Positions 49,271 to 60,349 of a DNA stretch of 64,000 nucleotides are shown piece after piece. The notes beneath the pieces are model-generated. The model was not told the DNA's origin. It saw only the letters and a list, made by a program, of their open reading frames with translations, and searched no databases. The translations under genes and the position numbers were made by a program. The DNA comes from an uncultured Acidobacteriota bacterium (lineage in GTDB: Bacteria > Acidobacteriota > Terriglobia > Terriglobales > Acidobacteriaceae), in the NCBI GenBank assembly GCA_963819825.1, contig CAWFXO010000002.1, positions 219,186 through 283,185 on the forward strand, read 5' to 3'. The number at the start of each line of letters is the position of its first letter. Position 1 is the stretch's first letter.

Positions 49271-51091
49271 TCACGATACCTCTACTCGCTCTGTAGTCGC
49301 GAGGCGAAGGCTGCCATCGTCGCCGAGCATGAACTCGTGGATGTGAAAACTTCCCAGACATTCCTCGGTTCCCTCGCAGCCAAAAGCCACCGATGGAGCA
49401 GAGCACACAACTACGTCGCCACATCGCCCGATCCAATCTCGATGACGGTGCCCGTGGAGAACCACCACTCGTGAGGTATGAGGCACGATGGCAGCTAGAA
49501 CATCCGGAGAGTTCACCAGCGCCAGACCGATCCGGTCACGCAGGCGGATGGACGCCATGGGGTACTCCACCACCTGATGATGAAGCAAAATCAGCCATGC
49601 CTGTTCGGGAGAGCTCCGCAAGACTGACCTGAGCGCTTTCATCTGCTTAGGGTTGACCACTCCGATGGCATTTGTCAGCGAGAAATTGCTGGGGGCGTTG
49701 GAATCGAGAAGAATGAGACCGCAACCAGGTTTGGCAGGGGGAGGTTCAACCAGCGGAAAGATCGCACTCCACAATTTCGCTATCTCCACGCGCCCGCGAA
49801 TCGTGCCCCTATAGGCGAAATCGCGCAGAAGCCTTGCACGTTCACCTTCACGAAGGTACTCCCGGAGTGACGGCCCCAACGCACCGAAGGGACCGACCAC
49901 GCGGACACGGTCTCCGACCAGGGTATCGAGGGCCAGAATGACGCGGAGCTTGCGAAGCCACGGACCGGCGCTCCACGGCAGATCGAGCCGGCCCGGATTC
50001 GTCCGGTCCACGATATTGACATCGTGATTTCCAGGAACAAACGACAGAAGCGGCCGCAACTCCTGGGAGCTACGCAGAAAATCGATGAATTCCGCCCATT
50101 CAGCACGGGTCCCGGCGTCGGTGATGTCGCCGGTCACCACAATCCGGTCAAGCGGAGCCTGCTTGTGGATCGCGGCAAGTTTGCGCAGAGCGTTGCGAAA
50201 CCTCCGGTTCCCTCGCGGCCCGGACATGCCAGTTTCCATCCGGAAGCCGTAGCGTTCGCCCACCAAATGCAAGTCCGAGAGATGCGCCACGCGCACAATT
50301 GTGGAGCCGGGAAGCGGAGGACCCGGCGCCCAGTTGAGAACCGGATTCGTCAAGCTAAGCTCTCGCCACAGCCAAACCAGGCTTTCAAAGACAGTGGATG
50401 CGCCGAGAATCACAGCCGCGTTTCCCAATGTTGCTTTGACCGTAACCCATACTGTTGCCCGATCAACGTTCACGAACTGAAGCCCGGTTCGCACTTCGAT
50501 GACCATGGCCAGAGCAAACCCCGCGAGTGCATAGAGCAGCGCGGCCAGAATGGTGCAGATCCGGCGCATGCGAGCAAGTTGCTCCGGGGAGATAGACGGA
50601 CCTATCAAACGCTCGCCGACGGTACTCAGGACCTCGCGCAGAGAAACAAAGATGGGGAAAATCAGAGTGTAATGAAGGCTACGGACCGTGGCAAAAGCGG
50701 CCGCAAGAAAGCCGCGACCGGCCCATAAGCCGGCCGCAAGCAAAAGCGCAAAAAATCCGAGACCGGTGAACAGGCGCGACCGGGTGACATCCGCGGCCTG
50801 CAAAAGAAATTGTCCATAGGTGACAATCACCGACGGCACCAGGCCTACCAGGATCGCCGGCCCAATAATCAAGAACACAAAAATGAGCGGTGCTTTCAGG
50901 TAGTTGAATTCCCATAGTGTGGGGAGAATCAGGCCACCAAGCCCGCCGCTCTGGGGGCTAAAGCGGTTGTCGTCGTGATCGCCGCGGCGCAAATCGCAGA
51001 TGCGCGAGCCAATCACTTTTTCAGCTCCTGCTGAAACCACAGCAAATGGCAAGTTGCCGCAGAACGAAGTGCCGGCGTTGCGGGTTGGCAA
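49271..51091 (-). CDS. membrane-anchored calcineurin-like metallophosphoesterase
   Basis: Intact 606-aa ORF. The N-terminal half has multiple TM helices. The C-terminal half has VAHLSDLHL, VVTGDITDAG, VPGNHD and VVLHGHRH phosphoesterase motifs. The start may be internal. Confidence 0.75.
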   Translation of the reverse strand: MPTRNAGTSFCGNLPFAVVSAGAEKVIGSRICDLRRGDHDDNRFSPQSGGLGGLILPTLWEFNYLKAPLIFVFLIIGPAILVGLVPSVIVTYGQFLLQAADVTRSRLFTGLGFFALLLAAGLWAGRGFLAAAFATVRSLHYTLIFPIFVSLREVLSTVGERLIGPSISPEQLARMRRICTILAALLYALAGFALAMVIEVRTGLQFVNVDRATVWVTVKATLGNAAVILGASTVFESLVWLWRELSLTNPVLNWAPGPPLPGSTIVRVAHLSDLHLVGERYGFRMETGMSGPRGNRRFRNALRKLAAIHKQAPLDRIVVTGDITDAGTRAEWAEFIDFLRSSQELRPLLSFVPGNHDVNIVDRTNPGRLDLPWSAGPWLRKLRVILALDTLVGDRVRVVGPFGALGPSLREYLREGERARLLRDFAYRGTIRGRVEIAKLWSAIFPLVEPPPAKPGCGLILLDSNAPSNFSLTNAIGVVNPKQMKALRSVLRSSPEQAWLILLHHQVVEYPMASIRLRDRIGLALVNSPDVLAAIVPHTSRVVVLHGHRHRDWIGRCGDVVVCSAPSVAFGCEGTEECLGSFHIHEFMLGDDGSLRLATTERVEVS

Positions 51092-51414
51092 TTCAGAGAT
51101 GGGTCTTGACGTCGGGGCGAAGCGCCGGGGATATCCTCACATCCACGACCTGGCTGCGCACAAGGATGCAGGGTAGTCCTCCGGCAATACTCGTCGAATG
51201 TCTATTTTGCGAGTCTGATGTTATGAGACAGCATTGAATGCCAGAACTGGCAAATATGGCAGCTGGTCATCGGGATACGATTGTCAGGGGCTTGCACTCT
51301 CACAAGTTTCCCTGCCAAAGTTGACAGTTGCCCGGGTTCCCAGGCGTCCGCTACGTTAAACACCTGACTGATCAAGTGTTGATACACAATTTGCAATTAA
51401 CAGGAGATAGAGTC

Positions 51415-51699
51415 ATGAGAGATAGATCGAACGGGAGCGAGCGGACACTCGCACGAGACTTGGCGATTTTGGCGGTCGGCGTCGGGATTGGGTCGGGAGT
51501 TGCGCTGCTTCTGGCGCCCAACACCGGAGAAGAGGTCCGCCACGCCATCGGCCGCAGCTACCGTAAGACCGCCAGACACATAGGACGGCACACCGAGGAT
51601 CTTCGCGTACGGGCAGAAGATTTGCTGGAACATGCCCACAACTTGCGCGACCTCGGCACCAAGGTCCTGCACTTTGGCCGAGAGCGCAAAGCTGGGTGA
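51415..51699 (+). CDS. YtxH-domain general-stress-type small protein
   Basis: ATG 51415 follows CAGGAG. LAILAVGVGIGSGVALLLAPNTGEEVRHAI is the YtxH signature (LLAP.SG.E.R). Confidence 0.6.
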   Translation: MRDRSNGSERTLARDLAILAVGVGIGSGVALLLAPNTGEEVRHAIGRSYRKTARHIGRHTEDLRVRAEDLLEHAHNLRDLGTKVLHFGRERKAG

Positions 51700-51737
51700 G
51701 CCGGTCTGCTCGTTGGCCTCGTACACACGGATTATCG

Positions 51738-51956
51738 ATGGCTCCCAATGGCAAATCCGTCCGCGTCCGGATCATTCATTTGGATTCAGGCGCAAGCGAT
51801 CGTGAGTACATTTCGACGGGCCAGCCATGCAATGGTTTTGGCGAGCTGGTATTTCTGGACGACATGATTCCGTCGGTAGGCGCTCGCATCCGCCGTCTTG
51901 TAACTCCTGTCAAAACAGCTCTGCGACGATTGTTTCAAGGGTGGCGTCGGGCTTGA
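51738..51956 (+). CDS. hypothetical small protein (weak)
   Basis: Internal ATG of ORF 51696..51956. No recognisable motif. Kept only because the region is otherwise unassigned. Confidence 0.2.
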   Translation: MAPNGKSVRVRIIHLDSGASDREYISTGQPCNGFGELVFLDDMIPSVGARIRRLVTPVKTALRRLFQGWRRA

Positions 51957-52052
51957 TGAAACATGATTGCCCGCATCCTGTTGCGGAAGATTCGCTGCGC
52001 TAGCAGCTCTGTGGAGTGTGCAACGCCGGAGAGTAGCAAAGGAAATTCTCCG

Positions 52053-52955
52053 CTATGCGGCATCCCTCCAGGGCAAAGTTTCGCCCGGTCGGGACGCTGT
52101 ACACTCCTTACGAGATTGCAGGCACACGTTCATCTCAGCGCCGAGAACAATGGTCAATGCCGCCCACTTCAACCAGACCGCCAGCGCAATTGGCGTCGCC
52201 ACCACCCCATACAATCCATTCAGTTTCAATTCTCCGAACTCTTTGAAATAGACGCCGAGCCCCCAGGAGAGGACCAGCCACGATGCGGCCGCCAGCAAAG
52301 CTCCGGGAACAGTAGTGCGCTTGGCAACCGGCACATTGGGAGCGAGAAGATATAGCAACTCAATAGCTACGAACGTGCATGCCCCCGCCAACAACCACTG
52401 CAGCCAGGGCCAGAGCTTGATCCAAACGTCCTGGAGAGGGACCGCGCTCGTGAGCAGGGTCTCAATAAGCGGGCCCGCCAGGGTCAGGACGACTGCGAGC
52501 AACAACAGTAGTCCGACGCCAGCCGCAAGACCGAAGGCAAGGATTCTGTTCATCCACAACGAACGCGGCGCTTGTACCTCATACACCATGTCCAATCCCG
52601 CGATGACTGCCTTTGCACCGACGGACGTAACCCATAGCGTGGTAATAATGCCGAGCGTGAGCAGGCCCGTACGATGTGAATTGACAGAGGTCACCATCGG
52701 CTCGACCAGGGACAAGCCTTGCTGCGGAACCAGGTGCGCCACGAAAGAGGTCGCTCGCTGCGCGCCGTGCTGGATCGGAAGATGTGCCGTGATTCCGATC
52801 AGCAGGAGCAGAGCGGGGAAAAAAGACATCAGAAAGTAGTACGCCAAACCCGCTGCCACGAGTTGCAGGTGTTTTCTTTCAAAACCTTTGAAGATGAGTA
52901 TGCCTAGCGCTATTGTTGACTTCAGAAAATTCATTCGCGCAGCCTGGTCCCGCAA
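52053..52955 (-). CDS. YihY/BrkB (formerly ribonuclease BN-like) family inner-membrane protein
   Basis: Intact ORF. LQLVAAGLAYYFLMSFFPALLLLIG is the family signature. About six TM helices. Confidence 0.85.
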   Translation of the reverse strand: MRDQAARMNFLKSTIALGILIFKGFERKHLQLVAAGLAYYFLMSFFPALLLLIGITAHLPIQHGAQRATSFVAHLVPQQGLSLVEPMVTSVNSHRTGLLTLGIITTLWVTSVGAKAVIAGLDMVYEVQAPRSLWMNRILAFGLAAGVGLLLLLAVVLTLAGPLIETLLTSAVPLQDVWIKLWPWLQWLLAGACTFVAIELLYLLAPNVPVAKRTTVPGALLAAASWLVLSWGLGVYFKEFGELKLNGLYGVVATPIALAVWLKWAALTIVLGAEMNVCLQSRKECTASRPGETLPWRDAA

Positions 52956-53061
52956 TCAGAAACAAGAAAGGAAGTGATCGGCAAAGCCAGGAGGAAATCC
53001 TTTTGGATTTTCCCCTCACACAAGGCAACCTTCTGACTTGGGTACTCGACCCGTCCATTCT

Positions 53062-54060
53062 TCATTCCGGTTTCGATGTGAATAAATCCATTCCCAAGTG
53101 CGCGGCCAGGAACTTGGCAGCAAGCTGTCCCTTGACGCTGTTCCCCGCCTGATCGAGCGGGGGAGCAAATGTGCCAAGTCCGCCCTTGCCCGGAGAAACG
53201 GTGACGATGCCCCCGCCGATTCCGCTCTTTCCGGGCAGGCCCACGTCGTAGAGCCACTCTCCCGAGGTCTCATACAGCCCTGCTGTTGCCATGACTGCCA
53301 ATGTGTAATGGCACACTTCCGGATCGACCACGCGCTCCTTGGTCACTGGATTTACCCCGCCGTCAGCCAGGGTGGCTCCCATGACCGCCAGGTCGGTTGC
53401 GGTCACGTTCAAAGCGCATTGCTTGGTGTAGAGATCGGTCGCGTGCGACGGATCAAGATAGATTCGGCCGTAACTCTCGAGTAGCCTCGCGATGCTTTGG
53501 TTACGCGAATTGGTCTCCGATGCCGACCCATACACCTCTGTATTCAGCGTAAGAGCTCGAGCCGCAAACCGGCATAGACCATCGTGGATAAACCGCCACT
53601 TCGAATCCAGAGTGTGGCCCGGCACAAGGCTGGTTGTGGCGATCGCGCCGGAATTCACCATCGGGTTGGTCCGCCCATCTCCGCTTCGCTCGACCGCTGC
53701 CAGCGAGTTGAACGGAAGCCCGGTACTATTCACGCCGACCTTCTCCCGAACATGGTGCGCACCCAGAGACTGGCAAACCAGGGCAAAAATGAAGGGCTTG
53801 GAAACGCTCATGATCGCGAATTCGTAGTCAGTGTCGCCGGCAGCGTAAACATTCCCTCGAGTAGAAACTACGCAAACACCAAACAGCTGACTCGGGACTC
53901 GCTCCAAAGCGGGGTAAACGTCAGAGTTCGTTCCTTCACTGTTTGACTTGAAACGCTCGTGCGCGCGGAGGACGAGCTCCTTCACCTGATCGGGCGAGGG
54001 CAAGTGCCCCGTGGAAACATAAGAGGTCTCGCCAACATCAACCTTTAGCTCAGTGCTCAT
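53062..54060 (-). CDS. glsA: glutaminase A
   Basis: Intact ORF: FAIMSVSKPFIFALV (catalytic Ser-x-x-Lys), NPMVNSGAI, GKSGIGGGIVTVSPGKGGLGTFAPPLD. Confidence 0.92.
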   Translation of the reverse strand: MSTELKVDVGETSYVSTGHLPSPDQVKELVLRAHERFKSNSEGTNSDVYPALERVPSQLFGVCVVSTRGNVYAAGDTDYEFAIMSVSKPFIFALVCQSLGAHHVREKVGVNSTGLPFNSLAAVERSGDGRTNPMVNSGAIATTSLVPGHTLDSKWRFIHDGLCRFAARALTLNTEVYGSASETNSRNQSIARLLESYGRIYLDPSHATDLYTKQCALNVTATDLAVMGATLADGGVNPVTKERVVDPEVCHYTLAVMATAGLYETSGEWLYDVGLPGKSGIGGGIVTVSPGKGGLGTFAPPLDQAGNSVKGQLAAKFLAAHLGMDLFTSKPE

Positions 54061-54121
54061 TTATCACCCTTCCGTCGTCGCGCTCGAAGCCTCGCGTAAT
54101 CCCATGCTGAATACAGTCCCC

Positions 54122-55560
54122 CTATCCCGTGCGGCGTTGTTTCTGGCCACCAGGAGGAACAGAAGGCGCAACCGGTTTGGTGAGAGATTCAGGCCTTAGA
54201 ATTCGAGCCACCTGTTCCTCGCTGAGCAGCTTCTTCTCCAGAATCAGATCGGCTACGCCGCGTCCGGAGTGCAGGGCTTCTTGTGCAATCTCCGTTGCGT
54301 TGGCATAGCCAATGTACGGATTGAACGCCGTGATGACGCCAATCGAATGTGCGATGTCTGAGTCCAGCCGTTCCCGGTTGGCAGTGATCCCTCGGACGCA
54401 CCGGTCCGCAAGCGTCAGGCACCCATTGCGCAGATGCAACAGGCTCTTAAATATGCTGTGGGCGACGATGGGCAGAAACGCATTCAGCTGCAGCTGGCCA
54501 GCCTCGGCGGCAAAGCTGACGGTGACATCGTTGCCGACTACTTCAAAAGCAATTTGATTTACCACCTCTGGGATCACGGGATTGACTTTGCCCGGCATGA
54601 TGCTGGATCCCGCTTGCACAGGAGGCAGATTGATTTCTCCAAGTCCCGCACGCGGCCCGGAAGAGAGAAGGCGCAGATCGTTGCATACTTTTGAGAGCTT
54701 AATAGCGACCCGCTTCAGCACTCCTGATACTTGTACGAACACGCCAGCATCTTGAGTTGCCTCCACTAAGTTGGAGGCCGTAACAAACGGAATCCCCGTG
54801 ATCTGCGCCAGCTGTCTGCATACCCTTCCGGCATATTCCGGATGTGCTGTGATTCCTGTGCCAACGGCGGTCGCGCCCATATTGATCTCACGTATCAGTA
54901 GCTTCACCTCACGCAGGCGCTCTATATCCTCTGAGAGCATTACTCCATAGGTAGAAAACTCCTGGCCGAGGGTCATGGGCACCGCGTCTTGCAACTGGGT
55001 GCGGCCCATTTTCAGGATGTCCTCGAATTCGCCTGCTTTCGACTCGAAGGCGGCCCGCAGCGAGTCCATTGCATCGATGAGGCGATCGATCGCAAACCAG
55101 ATTGCGACTTTGAGTGCGGTCGGAACTACGTCATTCGTACTCTGACTCAAGTTGAGGTGTTCGTTCGGATGGAGGGCAGCGTAGTCACCGCGCGTCCGTC
55201 CCATGAGCTCGAGTGCGCGGTTCGAGATCACCTCATTGGCATTCATGTTCGTCGATGTGCCGGCGCCGCCCTGGATGACGTCCACGACGAACTGCTCGCG
55301 CAATGCACCGTTGCGGATTTCTTCGCACGCCGCCACGATTGCATTGGTTCGCTCGTCGTTGAGCAAGCCGAGTTCGTGGTTGGCCATCGCGGCGGCCTGC
55401 TTAACGCAGGCGAGCGCTCTCACTAGTTCTGGGTAAGTTGAGATCGGCGTGCCGCTGATGGGGAAATTCTCAACGGCGCGTAACGTATGCACGCCATAGT
55501 ACGCGTCTGCTGGAACCTCCCGGTGCCGAGGAGGTCCTGTTCAATACGAGACTGTGACAT
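54122..55560 (-). CDS. aspA: aspartate ammonia-lyase, one 1-nt deletion near the 5' end in the given sequence
   Basis: ORF 54122..55492 has GSSIMPGKVNPVIPEVVNQ and AAEAGQLQLN. The upstream ATG 55560 gives MSQSRIEQDLLGT, then a frame slip at about 55522. The restored N-terminus REVPADAYYGVHTLRAVENF matches the E. coli AspA N-terminus. The span of 1439 nt is not a multiple of 3. Confidence 0.9.
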
Positions 55561-55630
55561 GCCATTTCCCCGTTTCAATCCCCGCAGATGCGGTCCCGCG
55601 GCTATGCCCTGGTTCTATCCGGAACACCCC

Positions 55631-57037
55631 TCAAGCCGCGGCCTTGGCTGACACGGCCATGTGGGCAAGCTCCTCCAAGTAAACAATCGCGGTTTCAATG
55701 CCACGGTGGAACATCTCTACGTTGTAGTGCTCGTTGGCGGCATGCAAGCCGTCGCTGTCCAGCCCATAGCCCATCATCACTACCGGAATCTTCATCATGT
55801 TGCGTATATCCGCGACAATTGGAATGCTGCCACCGCCGCGCGTGAATACTGGCTTGTGCCCCCAGGCCTTTTCGTAGGCCCGCGATGCTGCCTGCATCTC
55901 CGGCAGATCAAAGGGAATCAATGCTGGCTTCCCTTTCGTCAACAGTGTGACCGATACCTTGATGGTTGGCGGTGCGATCGACTCGATGTGCTTCTTCAGC
56001 AGCTTGAAGATCTTTTCCGGGTCCTGATTGGCGACCAGGCGCGAGCTCAGTTTTGCTCCGGCCTTGGCAGGAATGATCGTTTTCGGACCCGGCCCCGAGT
56101 ACCCGCTCCACAAGCCGTTAATGTCCAGCGTGGGCCGGGCAGAGACGCGCTCGCGAATGGTGTACTTCTTATCTCCCCAGGTTGCGGGCACGCCGGTTGC
56201 CTCCTTGAACTGAGCTTCGCTGAGCTTGTTCTTTGCGATCATCTCGCGCTCTTCGGCGGTCAGGGACACCACGTCATCGTAAAAACCTGGGACGGCGATG
56301 GTGTTGTCGGCGTTATAAAGCTTCGAAAGGATTTCGACTAAAGCGAGCGCTGGATTGTGCGTTGCCCCACCCCAGAATCCGCTGTGCAGATCGTCCCTCG
56401 GCCCCTGGATCTCGATCTCAATATAGGTCATGCCCCTCAGGCTGTGGGTAACGGCAGGTTCTTCCATGGTACGCATGGACGAATCGCTAATCACGCACAC
56501 GTCGGCTTTGAGCAGATCAAGATGTTTCCTAATGAAAGGTGCGAGATTGGGCGATGAAACCTCTTCCTCGCCCTCTATGAGAAATTTCACGTTGACGGGT
56601 GCACCGCCGTTAGCCTCCAGGTAAGATTCGAGGGCTTTGACGTGAATGAATAGTTGACCCTTGTCGTCAGTCGCTCCGCGAGCGTAGATCTTCCCGTCCT
56701 TCTCGACCGGTTCGAACGGCGGCGCGTCCCAGCCATCCTCCACTACCGCGGGGACCACATCGTAGTGCCCGTAGATCAAAACGGTTGGCTTATCCGGCCC
56801 AGCCCCAGTCCACTCACCATATACAACTGGATGACCTGCCGTGGGCATGACTCTGGCGCTCTTAACTCCCAGCCCGTGCAGGTTCGCCGCCAGCCACTCT
56901 GCCGCCCGCTTGACGTCGCCAGCATGCGCGGGATCGCCGCTCAGGCTGGGTATGCGCAGGAATTCAGTAAGCTCGTGACGGAATCTCTCCGCATGGTCGC
57001 GGGAATACTTGCGCGCTTTTTCGCTGGACTGAGCCAT
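55631..57037 (-). CDS. M20-family dipeptidase/desuccinylase-like metallopeptidase
   Basis: ATG 57037 follows AGGAGG. LIYGHYDVVP, ARGATDDKGQ and LIEGEEEVSS motifs. Intact. Confidence 0.85.
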   Translation of the reverse strand: MAQSSEKARKYSRDHAERFRHELTEFLRIPSLSGDPAHAGDVKRAAEWLAANLHGLGVKSARVMPTAGHPVVYGEWTGAGPDKPTVLIYGHYDVVPAVVEDGWDAPPFEPVEKDGKIYARGATDDKGQLFIHVKALESYLEANGGAPVNVKFLIEGEEEVSSPNLAPFIRKHLDLLKADVCVISDSSMRTMEEPAVTHSLRGMTYIEIEIQGPRDDLHSGFWGGATHNPALALVEILSKLYNADNTIAVPGFYDDVVSLTAEEREMIAKNKLSEAQFKEATGVPATWGDKKYTIRERVSARPTLDINGLWSGYSGPGPKTIIPAKAGAKLSSRLVANQDPEKIFKLLKKHIESIAPPTIKVSVTLLTKGKPALIPFDLPEMQAASRAYEKAWGHKPVFTRGGGSIPIVADIRNMMKIPVVMMGYGLDSDGLHAANEHYNVEMFHRGIETAIVYLEELAHMAVSAKAAA

Positions 57038-57089
57038 ACAGGTTGGTCCTCCTACTGGAAGTAAACTCGCCTCGATCCAATTCGGCAGG

Positions 57090-58628
57090 TTAAGCCGCTC
57101 TTGCTCTCGTCGTCCCACGAGCCCTGTTCTCGGCGAGGCCGATCAGAAACCCCGTCAGCAGCGGCACCGGCCGGCCAGTCGCGCCCTTGGCGTCGCCCGA
57201 CACTGCGTTCGTGCCGGCGATGTCGAGGTGCGCCCACCTGTAGTCCTCCGCAAATCGTTGAAGGAAGCAGGCCGCAGTAATCGCCCCTGCCGGCCGTCCA
57301 CCGAGATTGCTCATGTCGGCGAAATTGCTCTTGAGCAATTCCTGATATTCGTCGAACATCGGCAGTCGCCACGCACGATCGCCAGAATCATCGCCGGATT
57401 CAAGCAATTGATCGGCGAGTTCGTCATCGTTGGCGAACAGGCCGGTCGTGATGTTTCCAAGTGCGATCACGCAGGCGCCGGTCAGAGTGGCAACATCAAT
57501 CACGTAGGCTGGATCGAAACGTTTGGCATAAGTCATAGCGTCGGCCAGGGCCATCCGGCCTTCGGCATCGGTATTCAGAATCTCAATGGTCTGGCCGGAC
57601 ATGGAGGTCACCACGTCCCCGGGGCGGGTGGCGTTGCTGCCGGGCATGTTCTCGACTGCGGGGATGAGCGCCACAACATTGATCGGCAATTCCAGACGCG
57701 CGATTGTTTTCATGGCGCCAAAAACGCTGGCCGCTCCGCACATATCGAATTTCATTTCGTCCATGTTCGCCCCGGGTTTGAGCGAAATACCGCCGGTATC
57801 GAACGTGACCCCTTTGCCTATCAGAACCGTTGGTCGTTCCTTTCCGCCATTCTTGAAGTGCATGACAATGAACTTGCAGGGTTGGGCTGAGCCCTGGCCC
57901 ACGGATAACGCGGCGCCCATGCCCAACTTCCGCATGTCTTCGCGCTCAAGCACCTCGACATTGATTTTGAACTCCTTGCCAAGAGTACGCGCGGTATCGG
58001 CCAAATACTGGGGGTTGCAGACATTTCCGGGCAAATTACCAAGATCTTTCGCCAGCGCCGTTCCTTCGGCGATGGCCAGACCGCGTTGCACTGCGTTGCT
58101 GAGGGCACCGTTGATTTTGCCGGAAACCAACAGTTTGACCTTTCGCGCACCACGGTCTTTTTTTTCGGCCTTCGCCCGCGGAGCATCGAAGCGATATGCG
58201 CCATCTGCAAGCGCGCGGCTCAATTGTTCCACCCGCCACGCTTGCGAGCGGCCCGGCAATTCAACGTCGGCTAGAGTAACGGCTGCATCTTTGGAGACAC
58301 CGCTGGCAAGGGCCTTGGCAGCGGCGTTTAGAGCGTCGCGAAAAGCCTTCTCGCTAAATTCGGTGCGCTTGCCGAGGCTGACCAGCAACACCCTCTCCGC
58401 GGCGGTACCCGGCAGGTCATGGAGCAAGAGCGTTGCGCCCGCTTTGTCCTCCAGGTCGCCTCCCTTGATCAGGCCAGAGAGTTTTCCTTTCGCCGCCTGG
58501 TCGATCGCCTTGGTGGCGGGGGAAAGTGGACTATCAACAAAAGCGCCGACTACCAAGGTCCCCGTCCGCACCGTCTCCGGCGACGAGGAATCCAAATTGA
58601 CTTCGATCAAGTTACTCTTCGCGGCCAT
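57090..58628 (-). CDS. pepA: leucyl aminopeptidase (M17)
   Basis: ATG 58628 follows GAGGAG. VLIGKGVTFDTGGISLKP, NTDAEGRMALADA and the M17 C-terminal domain. Intact. Confidence 0.92.
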   Translation of the reverse strand: MAAKSNLIEVNLDSSSPETVRTGTLVVGAFVDSPLSPATKAIDQAAKGKLSGLIKGGDLEDKAGATLLLHDLPGTAAERVLLVSLGKRTEFSEKAFRDALNAAAKALASGVSKDAAVTLADVELPGRSQAWRVEQLSRALADGAYRFDAPRAKAEKKDRGARKVKLLVSGKINGALSNAVQRGLAIAEGTALAKDLGNLPGNVCNPQYLADTARTLGKEFKINVEVLEREDMRKLGMGAALSVGQGSAQPCKFIVMHFKNGGKERPTVLIGKGVTFDTGGISLKPGANMDEMKFDMCGAASVFGAMKTIARLELPINVVALIPAVENMPGSNATRPGDVVTSMSGQTIEILNTDAEGRMALADAMTYAKRFDPAYVIDVATLTGACVIALGNITTGLFANDDELADQLLESGDDSGDRAWRLPMFDEYQELLKSNFADMSNLGGRPAGAITAACFLQRFAEDYRWAHLDIAGTNAVSGDAKGATGRPVPLLTGFLIGLAENRARGTTRARAA

Positions 58629-58699
58629 GGGATTGCTCCTCAAAAGATGGCTGGTTACCTGTTTTGGGGTTGAGCGGCGTGTCTTCATGCTCGTGTCCG

Positions 58700-60289
58700 T
58701 TAGAATCCCCACGGGAGACCCGCGACTTGCCAGACAACCAGGAGGACCATCCACGTGGCCTGAACCACGATGACGTAGGGCAGCATCATCGCGACTACAG
58801 TACCCACACCTGCACCCTTCTGATATTTCGCGGCGAAGCCAACGATCAGGGGGAAATACGCCATCATCGGCGTAATGGCATTAGTTGGGGAATCACCTAC
58901 ACGATAGGCGGCCAACACTGCTGCAGGTTGGACATGGAGCCTCATCAGCAAGGGCACGAAAACGGGAGCGAAGATTGCCCACTTGGGAATGATCCCGGTG
59001 ATGATCAGATTAAGCACCGTCACCACAAGCACGAATCCGACCAGCAACGAAATCGGTCCCAGACCGGCACTGTCCAGGACATCACCCATCTTCACAGCCG
59101 CAATCGTGGCAATATTTGTGTACGTGAATAAGGCGATGAACTGGCTGATGAAAAATAGAAGGAACAGCAAACCGCCCAGCCCGATCACGGCTTTTTCCAT
59201 CGCCTTGATAACGTCTGCGCTGTTCTTCATAGTTTTTGCGCCGAAGCCGTAGGCGGCCCCCGCGACCAGAAATGTCAGCGCTATGAAGACAATTAGACCG
59301 TTCATGAACGGAGAGTCTCCGATGAGAGCGCCGGTTTCAGGATTGCGAAGCGGAGCTCCGTTCGGGATCGTCAACAAAGCGAATACGGCGAAAATCGCGA
59401 GCGTCCCCCACGAGGCGTACTTCAATCCTCGCGCTTCCTCAGCTACACCCGCGGTGCTAGCTTCTTCGGCCTGAATTTCCTTGGAGGGCCGATACGGCCC
59501 CAGGCGAGGTTCGACCCACCTATCAGTGATCAACCCGCACACGCCCGTGAGCATCAGGACGGAGGCCACCGAAAACCAGAAGTTCGCGGTCAAGGAAACG
59601 GAAAGGCCGGGATTCATGAGATGGATAGCATCGTTGGTAATGCCCGTCAGAATGCCGTCCAGCGGTTTGATAAGAATGTTGACACTGAATACTGCCGAAA
59701 CCGCGGCGAAGGACGTGGCCAGCCCAACCAAAGGATTGCGACCCACGCTGAGAAACGCCGCCGCCGCCAGTGGAATGAGGACCAGATAACCGGCATCCGC
59801 CGCGATGCTTGACAGAATGCCGACAAACACCAGGATGTAGGTCAGGGCCTTGGCCGGAGCAACCTGCACCAGTTTGCGAATCAATGCTTTGACCAGGCCG
59901 GCGGATTCAGCCACACCAACCCCCAGCATCGCCACGATGATTACTCCTACCGCGTTGAAGCTCATGAAATTCCGGACGACACCGTCGTACATGAAACGGA
60001 TTCCGGATGCCGTCAGCAGGCTCTGCACCGTACTGGTGACCTGCTCCGGTTGATGGGTGTCCGGATTGATCGATTCGTAGGTCGCGCTCAGTCCCGTGAG
60101 ATACAAAATGTGGGACAGCACGATGACGGTGGCGATCAATAGAATAAAAATGACCGCCGGGTGCGGGACCTTGTTCCCCACTCGTTCGACGGTATCCAGG
60201 ATTTTCTCGAGTCGCGTCTTTTTCGGCGCGATGGGATGCACGTTTGCTCGCTCTGCCACGGTAGTCCTCCTGTTCGATGGGGCGATCAC
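58700..60289 (-). CDS. abgT: AbgT-family (p-aminobenzoyl-glutamate/dipeptide) transporter
   Basis: Intact 529-aa multi-TM ORF. The N-terminus LEKILDTVERVGNKVPHPAVIFILL and GIRFMYDGVVRNF are typical of AbgT. Confidence 0.85.
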   Translation of the reverse strand: MIAPSNRRTTVAERANVHPIAPKKTRLEKILDTVERVGNKVPHPAVIFILLIATVIVLSHILYLTGLSATYESINPDTHQPEQVTSTVQSLLTASGIRFMYDGVVRNFMSFNAVGVIIVAMLGVGVAESAGLVKALIRKLVQVAPAKALTYILVFVGILSSIAADAGYLVLIPLAAAAFLSVGRNPLVGLATSFAAVSAVFSVNILIKPLDGILTGITNDAIHLMNPGLSVSLTANFWFSVASVLMLTGVCGLITDRWVEPRLGPYRPSKEIQAEEASTAGVAEEARGLKYASWGTLAIFAVFALLTIPNGAPLRNPETGALIGDSPFMNGLIVFIALTFLVAGAAYGFGAKTMKNSADVIKAMEKAVIGLGGLLFLLFFISQFIALFTYTNIATIAAVKMGDVLDSAGLGPISLLVGFVLVVTVLNLIITGIIPKWAIFAPVFVPLLMRLHVQPAAVLAAYRVGDSPTNAITPMMAYFPLIVGFAAKYQKGAGVGTVVAMMLPYVIVVQATWMVLLVVWQVAGLPWGF

Positions 60290-60349
60290 GCACCGACTAC
60301 GCGGCGAAAGCGTGCATCCATCGAGTGGGTCGCGTTTCTTGCCGCAGGA

